Origin: Bdellovibrionota bacterium | GTDB taxonomy: Bacteria; Bdellovibrionota_C; UBA2361; JBGSMV01 | Assembly (NCBI GenBank): GCA_041739995.1 | Contig: JBGSMV010000018.1 | Coordinates: forward strand, 11,165 to 75,164 | DNA: 64,000 nucleotides | Direction: 5' to 3' | Shown here: one piece after another, positions 49,363 to 59,445 of the stretch | Layout: each line of letters begins with the position of its first letter | How positions within the stretch are numbered: the first letter of the stretch is position 1 | Program-made: the position numbers and the translations under genes | The notes under the pieces: model-generated | What the model was told of the DNA's origin: nothing | Databases searched by the model: none | The model's input: the letters and a program-made list of their open reading frames with translations, nothing else

Positions 49363-50025
49363 CTATGCAGCCTTGAGTAGAAGGCTTCCCCCGATCTTTC
49401 GTGCGCGCTTAAGTCCCGCATTGAGTCTCGACTTGGCTGTCCCTTCAGGAATCCCGAGCACCTTCGCCGTTCGGACAATTCCGAGATCGTAGACGTACAT
49501 CAAAGTAAGGACGTCGGCCTGTTGCTGAGGTAGTCGTTCGAGTATCTGGCGACCGAGACCTAAAGCATCCAACCTATTTTGCCTCGGTGTATCTATACCG
49601 GAATCTTCTCGCGAGGGGGTTGAGAGATCCCTGTATGGGGAGAAAGAACGCGACTGATTCTCATCAGTGGTGTTCGAGAGATCCGTCTCATTTTTCTCCT
49701 GGCGACGTGAGGACTTACGGAAATAATCAACAATTGTATGATGAGTGATCCCGCCAAGCCAGTTTCGGAACGACCCTCGAGTGCGATCGTACTGGTCGAA
49801 ATGGACAAATGCTCGAGACCATACTTCTTGAGCGAGATCATCTCTGGTGTTCGGATCGACAATCTTACTACTCAGCATTACGCTTACAAAATCGCGGTTG
49901 TCTCTATAGAGCGCGCGAAAATGTGCAGGATCTGCACCGACGATGAAGGTCGGTGCGGTGAGCGAAGAGAGGGGCCCTTCGGGTAACGAACGACTTGGGC
50001 TGACGGGAGCTGAGGTGTGTGGCAT
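49363..50025 (-). CDS. ECF sigma-70 factor (orphan 2)
   Basis: DDLAQEVW...YDRTRGSFRNWL...TIVD; LGIPEGTAKSRL; AAGGAG RBS. Confidence 0.9.
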   Translation of the reverse strand: MPHTSAPVSPSRSLPEGPLSSLTAPTFIVGADPAHFRALYRDNRDFVSVMLSSKIVDPNTRDDLAQEVWSRAFVHFDQYDRTRGSFRNWLGGITHHTIVDYFRKSSRRQEKNETDLSNTTDENQSRSFSPYRDLSTPSREDSGIDTPRQNRLDALGLGRQILERLPQQQADVLTLMYVYDLGIVRTAKVLGIPEGTAKSRLNAGLKRARKIGGSLLLKAA

Positions 50026-50176
50026 CAAGAGACTCCTTTACTTAAAGAAGCGAACTGAAGGCCGAAGCAAATATTTCATATTCAGTAGTGGATGGGTATT
50101 CACAATCGAAAAGTACCGCGGTGCAACAATCTAACCGTGCGGAAAATCTGATACCAATTTTATGGTGTAAAATAAG

Positions 50177-50422
50177 CTACTTAAGCGGGAGGGCGCGCAG
50201 GTGCGCTGCGGCGCTGCTCGACCAAAGATTTTCGTAGGTCGTCTCGGGAAACCCTTGATGCGCTCTCGAGGACTCGCGGATGAGCATGTCCGAGAGAGCA
50301 CTGAGCAGGTACTTGGGTTTTTGAGTTTGAAGCTGATCGTATGAGTCATCAACTACAGCGGGCTGTTCGCGGCGGCGATACTTTATCCACGACGCGGAAG
50401 TCGGTGACGGATACTTTTGCAA
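50177..50422 (-). CDS. Possible small hypothetical protein
   Basis: 81-aa ORF filling a gap; no motif recognised. Confidence 0.3.
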   Translation of the reverse strand: MQKYPSPTSASWIKYRRREQPAVVDDSYDQLQTQKPKYLLSALSDMLIRESSRAHQGFPETTYENLWSSSAAAHLRALPLK

Positions 50423-50457
50423 GATGCTTCGCAGCTACTTATTGAAAGAGAAGTTCG

Positions 50458-52056
50458 ATGAACAGGCAAAAATCTAAACTGCTCTCTGGCGTGACCCTCT
50501 CCATACTGTTCGCCGTCAACTCGGCGAGCTCTCAACTTCTCGGGCAGGGGGAGTTAGAGCTTGCCCCAGGCCGAGAGCTTCTCGTTTCGTTTACTTCTAC
50601 TGAAGCAGGTATCGCGCACAGCGTGTCGCAACCGAATCGCCGCATATTAACCGAGATGCCTCTTGCTGAGACGAATGGCGAAGTAACACTGTCGTCTACT
50701 CGCGTCGCGAGGGCTCTTGCTGCCTGCGAACAGTTCGTGAAGGCTAACCCAGGAGCAATGTGCGAGCCAAACGTACTGTTTAAGAGTTCTGCGACCCCAA
50801 ACGACCCTTATTGGGCCTGGATGAAGAATCTGAGATCAATTGACGCGCCACGAGCTTGGAATTCCGTTACGGGGTCACGCGGAGTACTGGTAGCCATCAT
50901 TGACACTGGAGTCGATTATTTTCATCCAGATCTTGCCGCAAACATCGCGGTGAATGAATCAGAGATAGCGAACAACGGTATCGATGATGATGGTAACGGA
51001 TATGTTGATGATAGCTTGGGTTATGACTTTGCGGGACGAGATGGTGATCCACTAGATGAGAATGGCCACGGCACTCATGTTGCAGGGACGGTTGGCGCTA
51101 GCGGAAACGATGGTGAAGGCGTAGTGGGAGTAAGCTGGAGAGCGAGCCTGCTACCGGTTCGTGTTCTTGATCGGCACGGCTCAGGCAGTCTGGCGCAAGT
51201 TATCGCGGGCATCGACTACGCAGTTGCACGCGGCGCGCGTGTGATTAACCTCTCACTTGGCGCCCCGTATGGCTCAAAACTTCTGCTTCTTTCTCTTCAA
51301 CGCGCCCAGGCCGCAGGCACAGTGATTGTAGCAGCCGCCGGTAACGATGGCTTGGACAATGATAGCTCACCTTCGTTTCCGGCCAACTATGAACTAGAGG
51401 CACTTATTTCGGTCGCGGCTACAGATAGAGATGATTTACTGGCTGATTTCTCCAACTTTGGCGCCAAGTCGGTGCATCTCGCTGCTCCAGGTGTCTCGAT
51501 ACTAAGCACCTACCTATTTGGGTCGTATGTTTTTCTAAGTGGAACCTCGATGGCGACTCCGCATGTATCCGGCGCAGCCGCATTGGTGCTCGGTCTGAAT
51601 CCAACCCTCACAGGCGTTCAGGTAAAGGATTTATTGCTTAATTCCAGCGACAAACTATCCGCACTCGAGGGGCTGGTAGTCAGCGGCGGTAGATTAAATG
51701 TGGGGAGCGCGATATCGAGCGTGTTAGCCGGAAGGACCCCTGAACCGCGTGAGGGGCATGACGTCGAGGGGCTAGGGATAGATGTTGCTGTTCGATATGC
51801 GAAGAATGGTGAACGCGCGCTTGTTGTAGCGGAGGTCTATTCTTTGGTGACCGGACTTGAAGTGGTAGGAGCCGAGGCCAAGTTAGTTTGTGGACGACGT
51901 AAAATAGTGGGGCGAGGGATCTCGGGAGCGGATGGACGCCTAAAATTTAGAGTGATCCGCTCTGATCAAGCGGTCTATTGTTCGGTGCGAGTGCAGAACG
52001 AGGGTGTTTCGACTTCCTCGGGCATTGTCGGAGTACGCGCAAGCGCTTCACGATGA
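50458..52056 (+). CDS. Secreted subtilisin-like S8 serine protease
   Basis: Signal peptide; IIDTG, HGTHVAG and GTSMATPHV catalytic triad. Confidence 0.96.
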   Translation: MNRQKSKLLSGVTLSILFAVNSASSQLLGQGELELAPGRELLVSFTSTEAGIAHSVSQPNRRILTEMPLAETNGEVTLSSTRVARALAACEQFVKANPGAMCEPNVLFKSSATPNDPYWAWMKNLRSIDAPRAWNSVTGSRGVLVAIIDTGVDYFHPDLAANIAVNESEIANNGIDDDGNGYVDDSLGYDFAGRDGDPLDENGHGTHVAGTVGASGNDGEGVVGVSWRASLLPVRVLDRHGSGSLAQVIAGIDYAVARGARVINLSLGAPYGSKLLLLSLQRAQAAGTVIVAAAGNDGLDNDSSPSFPANYELEALISVAATDRDDLLADFSNFGAKSVHLAAPGVSILSTYLFGSYVFLSGTSMATPHVSGAAALVLGLNPTLTGVQVKDLLLNSSDKLSALEGLVVSGGRLNVGSAISSVLAGRTPEPREGHDVEGLGIDVAVRYAKNGERALVVAEVYSLVTGLEVVGAEAKLVCGRRKIVGRGISGADGRLKFRVIRSDQAVYCSVRVQNEGVSTSSGIVGVRASASR

Positions 52057-52104
52057 TACTTTCAGAAATTCGCACCGAAAAAGAACGATTCGATTGCGAG
52101 GCCC

Positions 52105-52914
52105 TTAGGTAGTTAATCGCTTGGTAAGCGAGACTACCTTGACATTTGCGCTTACCAAAGCGCGCGCCATCCCGCGCACTAGCTCCAGCACGGTGGTGGG
52201 GCGTGCGCGCATCAATTGCAGGAACTCACCTTTGGGGAGTTTTAGAACTAGTGATTGAGCGGTTGAAACCACGCTTGCAGAACGAGGGGCGTCGGCGAGC
52301 GCTGAAATCACACCAAATATTTCATCCTTTTCGATTTGGCCAACCTTCACTGAGTCCACAAATACCTCGAGTTTGCCTTCGATCAGTGTATAGACATCAT
52401 CGCTAACATCGCCTTGTTTAATCAGCACCTCGCCATCCATGACCGTTACTGGCATTGGTGAGGTCCCTTCGCTTGCCCCGAGGGTCCTCGCCATGAACTC
52501 AGCGGTTAAGGCAGTAAAGAGTTCGCGCTCCGCATGCATCAGGCCGAACCAATTTTGAAAAAATTCATGATCATTACGGAGTAGGTCTTCACAACTCCCC
52601 CATGAAATTTTTTGCGCCCGAATGGCAAAGTTGCATCGAAGCGAACATCCGCGAGAGACAGAGTGTGGTGAGATAACATCTCCGACCTCGATGGACGCAA
52701 GGGGGAACCCACCCAGTCGAAAATCGGCACAGCCTTCCGTGAGCAGTAGTACGGCTCGTTCGTTGCGAGCGAGCTCACCTAGATCGGTGTCAGACGGGAT
52801 AAGCGTCTCAGGAGCACCGAGCATAGATAGATTGCTACGTAAAGATTCGGTGCGACGCTGAACTGATTGAACGGCGCTGAGGACATTTGCGCCGACTTCT
52901 ACGAGAAAATGCAT
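52105..52914 (-). CDS. Cyclic-nucleotide-binding domain protein
   Basis: LIKQGD..DDVY, EIFG...PRSASV; a degenerate second CNB-like domain at the N-terminus. Confidence 0.85.
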   Translation of the reverse strand: MHFLVEVGANVLSAVQSVQRRTESLRSNLSMLGAPETLIPSDTDLGELARNERAVLLLTEGCADFRLGGFPLASIEVGDVISPHSVSRGCSLRCNFAIRAQKISWGSCEDLLRNDHEFFQNWFGLMHAERELFTALTAEFMARTLGASEGTSPMPVTVMDGEVLIKQGDVSDDVYTLIEGKLEVFVDSVKVGQIEKDEIFGVISALADAPRSASVVSTAQSLVLKLPKGEFLQLMRARPTTVLELVRGMARALVSANVKVVSLTKRLTT

Positions 52915-52958
52915 ATCGCATCGGTATCATATCCGGCTTGGCCTGGGTAGCGGCAAGC

Positions 52959-54329
52959 TTAACGCTTGTGGCCTTTGCGACGATGCGGGGAGGGCGTAGG
53001 CAGGGCGATTGGATCGCCAGTGAATGTAACGAAGTATCGTGATCCGCGGCGAATGGTCGGGCAGCGCCGAAGCAGAGCTACGTATGCATCTATCGCCTGC
53101 AGAAGAGTTGGGTCGGAGCTCTTCAGCCACGTCGGTGGAGTACGTTCGTTAAGAGGCGGGAGCAGTATGCGCACCTCGTTCTGATCCTTGCGAATTCCAT
53201 TTGGTCCGAATTCAGCGATACGCACCCTTGAAGACTTGGTGTAGTCTGCCACTGCACTAACAGCTCTCTCAAGGGCATCGGCAAACTCTTCAGCAGTAAC
53301 CGGGCGCTCGGAAATCGCAGAGTTAGCATTGTCAGATGGGGAGTCATGGGCGGGGGCCATAAGTTGACCGAGCTCTTGCCCACTGTCAGTTTCGGTTCCG
53401 CCCGCAACTGGCTTTTTTGATGGCGCTGCTTTCGAAATACCACTAGGACGCAGAGAAATCCGGGGAGCTAGAGCCTCTCCAAGAATGAGCGGCCGAATAT
53501 GGCGAGTGAGAGCAGAGCGAGCGGAGCTTGCGGCTGCGCGTGAGGTTTGAGGAGCATCAGGTCCCACACAGCTGCTAAATCGTTCAACAAGATTATCGAA
53601 ATTGTTACACAGTGCTTCCTCAAGGACATTAAGTGGCAAGCCAGAGCCCTTGGGCCCATGATCGAGCGCGGATTCAAGCGCCGCATCGTACGTAAAACGC
53701 AAAAATCGGTGCAAAATTCTCATCACGTTGGAGGCGGTGCCTTTGGATAACGTGCCTGCGGTTTGACATTGTTCTAGGTAGTGGGAGCAGGCTGCGGCAA
53801 AGAAGAGCTGCCCGAAGTACGCATCCGCCGGATGTGTTATTGCGGGAGCGGGGAGCGCAGAATCGTTTAGGATATTCTCACTCGCAAGCCAGGGACGAAC
53901 CAGTGTTCTCAAGACGGAACGTAACTGCGCTTGGCGTGTAGAGCTCGGCGCGCCCTGGTTTAGAATGAAGGCATCGACCGATTCAAAGGATATTTCCTTG
54001 AGCGCGGAGCGTAAGTGAAGATCGATCTCTTCCGGAATTTGAGACTCAATCGGAGCGCGACGAAGCACATGCGTGAGAAAGCTCGAACCCAGAGATTGCA
54101 ATTGAGCGCGAGTCCTAGAAGAGAATTCTTCATCGTCTAGTCGGTTGGCTGAGTGCATGAAGGCGCCCCAAGACCTATAGAGAGCCGTGCTCATGACCTG
54201 CTTGGTCAGGGGTGACCGCGCGCGCTCGGGCCCTGAGAGTTCATCCCAGTGCTGTGAATCGCCGGGCGTCGAATTCGATTGCCCCTGAGATGTGTTCGAA
54301 GGGGTGGGCTGTGGCGAGGCGCTATCCAT
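52959..54329 (-). CDS. Hypothetical protein resembling a truncated Xer/tyrosine recombinase
   Basis: Two SAM-like core-binding-type segments and a partial catalytic-domain-like C-terminus; no HxxR or Tyr region. Confidence 0.55.
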   Translation of the reverse strand: MDSASPQPTPSNTSQGQSNSTPGDSQHWDELSGPERARSPLTKQVMSTALYRSWGAFMHSANRLDDEEFSSRTRAQLQSLGSSFLTHVLRRAPIESQIPEEIDLHLRSALKEISFESVDAFILNQGAPSSTRQAQLRSVLRTLVRPWLASENILNDSALPAPAITHPADAYFGQLFFAAACSHYLEQCQTAGTLSKGTASNVMRILHRFLRFTYDAALESALDHGPKGSGLPLNVLEEALCNNFDNLVERFSSCVGPDAPQTSRAAASSARSALTRHIRPLILGEALAPRISLRPSGISKAAPSKKPVAGGTETDSGQELGQLMAPAHDSPSDNANSAISERPVTAEEFADALERAVSAVADYTKSSRVRIAEFGPNGIRKDQNEVRILLPPLNERTPPTWLKSSDPTLLQAIDAYVALLRRCPTIRRGSRYFVTFTGDPIALPTPSPHRRKGHKR

Positions 54330-54426
54330 CTCCTGGACTATAGCAAGCTGCCTGGCCTAACAAAGTCCGAGAGTGTCAAATTCGCCCCGCTCCAGTGGCC
54401 GTTGCCCCGGGGCAAGGCTGCGCGCA

Positions 54427-56451
54427 TTAAAGCGATACAGCCCTTGACTCCGAGCAGTACAGCCCGTCGCTAGAGATCATTCCATTTGAAACCAATAGAA
54501 GTTTAAGGTTGAGAAGATTCAGTACTTCTTCAACATCGGGCATGCCTACCTGCATTTCTGGAGGGGCCATCATGAGCCCCATAGGGATGAAACCGCGTGC
54601 CAATTCAATCAACGAAGAGGTCGAAATCAGAGCAAACATACCTGAGTTGCCAAGTTGCTCATCCATGCTTCGCGAAGCCAATGAAGCTTGCGTGATAAAG
54701 GGCGTAGTGCTCTGGAGGCGACGCTTAAGCGAGTCAAGAAGGACCTCGTCTTTGGCTATGATAAAGAGGTTCTGCTCGACCGCAGCGCCGCGCAACTCAA
54801 GGTCGTCACCAAGCGTAACTTTCACTACCTCAGGGAAGGGCAGAGACCCATCAGCAAGCGCGCTCCCTTTGACCACGGAGGCAAGCGGGAACGGGAGCGA
54901 GTCGCTATCACCAAGCAGCAGCAAGGATGTATCGTTAAACAGCTTAGCTACATCCTGCGTAGTTATCGCAGTGCCAAATTCGAGTAAGACTCCGACGTCT
55001 GGGACAAATGCAGGGGCATCAGGTCCGCCCATCAAAAGCGCCACCTGTTCCGGCCGAGGGCCTCCGATAATAAAGCCCACTTGTTTAAAGTCGCGTCTGC
55101 TATAGAGCTTGCCGAGTGCTTCCACGGTGCGTTGATACTTGTCCCACTCAGGCGAAGCTGCGGCAGCGTCGCCGGCCTCCTTCTCCTGAGACAAGCGCAG
55201 CACTCTGGCCGAGGCGCTGTATAGATCGAGGATCCAGCGCGATACGTTCATGGCAGCCATCGTATTCTGATCAACTAATTTGAGCAGTTTTCCGGCGTCG
55301 TTTTCAGACACCCCTTCGAGCACCTTTTGATAGGCAGTTGCGGCCGCCGAATCTGCACGGATGCGAGCACACTGCCGCGCACCTACGCCATCTGAGACGT
55401 GTAATGAAGCAGCACTCCATTCAAAGTCTTTAGTAGCGAGGAAGTTGAGTGGAGGGGCGGCTTCACCGCTCATGCCTGCCGCGGTATTCGCCATAGATTC
55501 AATAAACGCGAAGAACTTTTGCATGTCGTAATAAACAAAAACCGCAGACTCAGGTACGAGGCTGGACTGTATCGATGACCAGCGCGCACTAGAGGACAGA
55601 ACTGGTGCCGTTGATGTGCCGCCTTGGCTGGCCGGAAGGAAGGCCTTATACGAAGCAGAGCCAATTGAAACAAAGGCCCTTTTCCCCTCAAACTCGATTG
55701 CTCCAAGAGGTGGGGCTGGCGGAGGTGTACTTCCGTCGCTGCCCTCGCCAGAAAACGCGGCCATGGCATCAAGGAAGCTGGACGAGATTTCTACCCTAGA
55801 ATCTCCTTTTCTTCGAAACGTAACAGGATCCATTTCCATCTCGTCCTGACCACCGAGCACTTGGACGAGAAAGAGTTGTTGTACTCGCTCTCGCGACTCT
55901 TCGTCTTTAAAAGTTACCGCGAGAAGGCTGCGCGGAATCTCTACCCCTGGCATCGGAGCAAACATCTCGCCATCACTGGCAAAGAGGACTTCATCGATGC
56001 GTGACCATTCTTGCGACAGCAGAGCAGTGAGCTGAGCAGGGGAGATTGGTGGCATTCCGGCTGCGGCTAAGGCAGCCACATCACCGGCGTTTGCGAGTGC
56101 TCCTTGTGCTACTTCGTCCAGCGAAGAGTTCATGGCCTGTTCGATCAGTTGATCAAGGCCAGCCTTTTTCCAAACTGCGGTCGAAGCGAAGCGTTCGCGC
56201 ACCTTAGTAAAGTGAACTCCAAGCGGATCGAAACGTCGCGGCTCCATGGCAAAGACCGCCATGACGCTTTCGGGCAACGAAGGCACGAGGCTGTAGGAGG
56301 GAAGATCTCCCTTTGGTTGAGTACCGCCCTTAACGCCAGGAAGGACAGACGATAGAGAAGGAACGCCACCCTTTTCAACCTGTTGCCAGAGATAAAATCC
56401 AACTCCGCCCAATAGTAAAAATGCCGCGAGAATGAGAAGTTTTTTACTCAT
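54427..56451 (-). CDS. Large membrane-anchored/exported hypothetical protein
   Basis: MSKKLLILAAFLLLGG anchor; 674-aa ORF. Confidence 0.75.
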   Translation of the reverse strand: MSKKLLILAAFLLLGGVGFYLWQQVEKGGVPSLSSVLPGVKGGTQPKGDLPSYSLVPSLPESVMAVFAMEPRRFDPLGVHFTKVRERFASTAVWKKAGLDQLIEQAMNSSLDEVAQGALANAGDVAALAAAGMPPISPAQLTALLSQEWSRIDEVLFASDGEMFAPMPGVEIPRSLLAVTFKDEESRERVQQLFLVQVLGGQDEMEMDPVTFRRKGDSRVEISSSFLDAMAAFSGEGSDGSTPPPAPPLGAIEFEGKRAFVSIGSASYKAFLPASQGGTSTAPVLSSSARWSSIQSSLVPESAVFVYYDMQKFFAFIESMANTAAGMSGEAAPPLNFLATKDFEWSAASLHVSDGVGARQCARIRADSAAATAYQKVLEGVSENDAGKLLKLVDQNTMAAMNVSRWILDLYSASARVLRLSQEKEAGDAAAASPEWDKYQRTVEALGKLYSRRDFKQVGFIIGGPRPEQVALLMGGPDAPAFVPDVGVLLEFGTAITTQDVAKLFNDTSLLLLGDSDSLPFPLASVVKGSALADGSLPFPEVVKVTLGDDLELRGAAVEQNLFIIAKDEVLLDSLKRRLQSTTPFITQASLASRSMDEQLGNSGMFALISTSSLIELARGFIPMGLMMAPPEMQVGMPDVEEVLNLLNLKLLLVSNGMISSDGLYCSESRAVSL

Positions 56452-56740
56452 GAAGATCCCCTAGTGTCCCTAAAAATATGCTTTGGCAGCCTTTATACAT
56501 CGAATGCTTATCGACCGAGATGTGCGCTCGGCGGCCATGCTCCTAAGGCCCTCCGCCTTAGTCCGGTGCTTTCTAGCAGGTAAGTGTTCGATTGTTCAAG
56601 TTATTCTCGTGCGAAGCGGCTTATGGGTATCCGTTCAGAGGGGGCATTCTTGTCATGATTCCAGCTACTTGGTTGATCAACAGAATGGCATTTGCTGCAC
56701 CTTTCTTGACCTGCCCTGAACGGGCACGACTCAATTTCCT

Positions 56741-56793
56741 GAACGGATAGTGCTTTCACCCCCAATTTGCTCTGCAAATTGACCCCTGAGGGG
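56741..56793. repeat. Family C REP-like hairpin repeat
   Basis: 46/53 identity to the reverse complement of 46815-46867. Confidence 0.8.
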
Positions 56794-56894
56794 ACGGGTA
56801 TCTAAAATGGTGCGCGCGGCGCTTTCGGGACGGCGACAACGGTTACGCTTATGGTAAGCAAGGAGCGCTGAAAACCTCTTTTGAAGGCCTCCTG

Positions 56895-58634
56895 ATGCAA
56901 CCAGGCATACCAGAAATCGCTGAGACTCTTGCTGAGATTGCTACCCTGATGGAGCTGTGCGGCGAGAATACCTTCAAGGTAAGGGCCCACGCCAATGCCG
57001 CGAGGGTCGTTGAAACCTGGGGTGGAACTCTGGAACAGCTGCTGACCCAGTCGAAGGCGGGGAAAGTAAGAGGGGTAGGAGAAGGTCTCGCTCAGCGAAT
57101 CGGGCTCATTTCTGCTGGGCAACCCGATCCCGAGCTGCAGGAGATGAAGGCACGCCTGCCCCCTGGTTTATTCGACATGCTTCGAATTCCTGGGCTCGGA
57201 CCTAAGAAAGTCCGGGCTCTTTGGACTCAACTGGACCTTTCGTCCATTGATCAGCTTGAGCAAGCTTGTAAGAGCGATGCGGTCGCATCCCTAAAGGGTT
57301 TTGGTAAGAAGACTCAGGCCAATATTTTGGAAGGGATCGAGCGCCAACGGCAGTATGCCAATAAGTTTCTTCTCTCCGATGCAACCAGACACGCGGCTCG
57401 CCTCGTCGATTTTCTGAAATCTGACTCAGCCTGCGTCGAGGTTTCAGTTGCAGGCTCACTACGTAGATCCAAGGAGATAGTGGGTGACTTGGACATTGTG
57501 GTAGGCGCGCATGAGCCCAAGCAAGTAATCGAGCGTTTTCTCGCTGCTGAGGGAATAATCAAAATTCTTTCTCAGGGTGAGACAAAAGTTTCGGTTTTGA
57601 TTCAGAGCGGCATGCAAGTCGATCTAAGAGTGGTTGCGGTCGATGAATTTTCGACCGCACTCGCTTACTTTACGGGGAGCAAAGATCATAACACGCGTTT
57701 AAGAGCACGGGCGCAAAGCATGGGGCTTAAGCTCAATGAGTATGGACTTTTTTCAGGTGATGAACGGAAGGTTCTCAAGACTGAAGAAGAAATATATTCT
57801 GCATTGAACTTGTGCTTCGTTCCACCGGAACTAAGAGAGGATCGTGGTGAAATTGAGGTTGCTGAAGAAGCATTCAGTGCCAAGAGCCAGGTGCCTGATT
57901 TGGTGCAACGCTCTGATCTGCGTGGGCTGATGCACTCACACACCACCTATAGTGACGGACGAAATACCATAAAAGAAATGGCGCTCGCCGCGCAGGAAAG
58001 AGGCTACGAGTACCTGGTCGTTACCGATCACTCACGCAGCGCAGCGTACGCAGGCGGACTGTCTATCGAGCGGGTGCTGGCTCAGCACAGCGAAATTGAA
58101 AAACTTAACGAGCAGTTCGCGCCGTTTAGAATTTTTAAGGGTATCGAATCTGACATTCTCTCCTCCGGAGAGCTTGATTATCCAGAGGAGGTATTAGTGC
58201 GATTCGAGGTGGTGATTGCCTCTGTTCATTCGAATTTCACCATGGGCGAGCGAGAAATGACTGATCGTATTCTTTCGGCGGTGAGAAATCGTCACACGAC
58301 TTGTTTGGGGCACCTTACCGGTCGTCTACTCTTGGAACGTGAAGGGTATCGGGTGAATGTGGCCGAAGTCTTGAAGGTGTGCGCCGCGGAAGGAGTTGCG
58401 GTCGAGATCAATGCGAATCCGCATCGACTTGACCTTGATTGGCGTTTTCATGCCAGCGCGGTTGAGCAGGGACTGCTGCTCCCCATCTGTCCGGATGCAC
58501 ATTCCATCGAAGGAATGGACGATGTGGTATATGGCATCGGGGTGGCAAGAAAGGGCGGTCTGTCACCTCGCCATATTGCAAACTGCTTCTCTAGAGATAA
58601 GTTCGTATCCTGGTCCAGGCAACGAAGGGCTTAA
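56895..58634 (+). CDS. polX: DNA polymerase X with PHP domain
   Basis: GENTFKVRA, GLGPKK, GSLRR...GDLD, VDLR, FTGSKDHN; PHP motifs HSHTTYSDG, TDHS, DAH. Confidence 0.96.
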   Translation: MQPGIPEIAETLAEIATLMELCGENTFKVRAHANAARVVETWGGTLEQLLTQSKAGKVRGVGEGLAQRIGLISAGQPDPELQEMKARLPPGLFDMLRIPGLGPKKVRALWTQLDLSSIDQLEQACKSDAVASLKGFGKKTQANILEGIERQRQYANKFLLSDATRHAARLVDFLKSDSACVEVSVAGSLRRSKEIVGDLDIVVGAHEPKQVIERFLAAEGIIKILSQGETKVSVLIQSGMQVDLRVVAVDEFSTALAYFTGSKDHNTRLRARAQSMGLKLNEYGLFSGDERKVLKTEEEIYSALNLCFVPPELREDRGEIEVAEEAFSAKSQVPDLVQRSDLRGLMHSHTTYSDGRNTIKEMALAAQERGYEYLVVTDHSRSAAYAGGLSIERVLAQHSEIEKLNEQFAPFRIFKGIESDILSSGELDYPEEVLVRFEVVIASVHSNFTMGEREMTDRILSAVRNRHTTCLGHLTGRLLLEREGYRVNVAEVLKVCAAEGVAVEINANPHRLDLDWRFHASAVEQGLLLPICPDAHSIEGMDDVVYGIGVARKGGLSPRHIANCFSRDKFVSWSRQRRA

Positions 58635-58728
58635 CCGATTTCAGTGGAGGGCGATTTTTAGAAACTAGCTCGCATGGCCCCTGATCCAGAACGACCTTGC
58701 TCACCAAGTACTGGAATGCCGGTTCGTG

Positions 58729-59445
58729 TTAGTTGAGACGCTTTTTAGGATTGTTTCGCTTCAGCGCCACTCTGACAAGCGGATCCAAGTTCGAGGTTGG
58801 ATCGTCGCGCAGCTTAATAGTGAGCCGAGTGGTCTTACTCAAGAGAGCGGAATCTCCAGAGTCTCCAAGACAGCAAGTTTGGACTCTCTTTCTACCTACG
58901 CGTGTTTTGAAAGTTCGCTGACATTTCCAAGCGCTGCAGCGATTGAGTCCTAGAGTATCGCACTCTGAGAAGGAACAATTTCCAAAATTTGAGCCACTGC
59001 TCGAACATGGGGGGAATCTATCCCGGTTCAATTTGTCGCGAAGCACTACGCTATAAGATGAAGAAAATTTGCCTCCGAGAAGAATTGCCGCGTTTCCACC
59101 ACACTGTTCGTGTTTGGGTCGGTACTGGATATCCTTTGGGGCATTCTCCCAGCAAATGGTCGGCATGAAAACACTCTCGTTGCAGCGCGCAAGTGGTACC
59201 GAGATATCGACTTTGCCATCACCATCTAAGTCGAAGGTTTGTTTGCCACCACGGGCCGCGGCGACAGCCATTCCGCCATCAGCAGGGGTTGAGAGTGCTT
59301 CGTCGCTGGAGTCATCAGCGAGCACGGGGGCGCTCAACGCGAATGGGCAGGCGAGAGCCAATATCGCGACAAGCAGACCCGCACGGATTCCGGGCGAGCG
59401 TCTCAAGGAAGTTCGAACGAGGGAGGCTACAAAAGCGTGCATCAT
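58729..59445 (-). CDS. Hypothetical secreted Cys-rich protein
   Basis: Signal peptide; DLDGDGKVD Ca-binding-like loop; about 10 Cys. Confidence 0.7.
   Translation of the reverse strand: MMHAFVASLVRTSLRRSPGIRAGLLVAILALACPFALSAPVLADDSSDEALSTPADGGMAVAAARGGKQTFDLDGDGKVDISVPLARCNESVFMPTICWENAPKDIQYRPKHEQCGGNAAILLGGKFSSSYSVVLRDKLNRDRFPPCSSSGSNFGNCSFSECDTLGLNRCSAWKCQRTFKTRVGRKRVQTCCLGDSGDSALLSKTTRLTIKLRDDPTSNLDPLVRVALKRNNPKKRLN

Noticed and set aside
56895..58634. Non-canonical inactive PolX
   Set aside because: Catalytic DxD, the third Asp and the PHP metal ligands are all present
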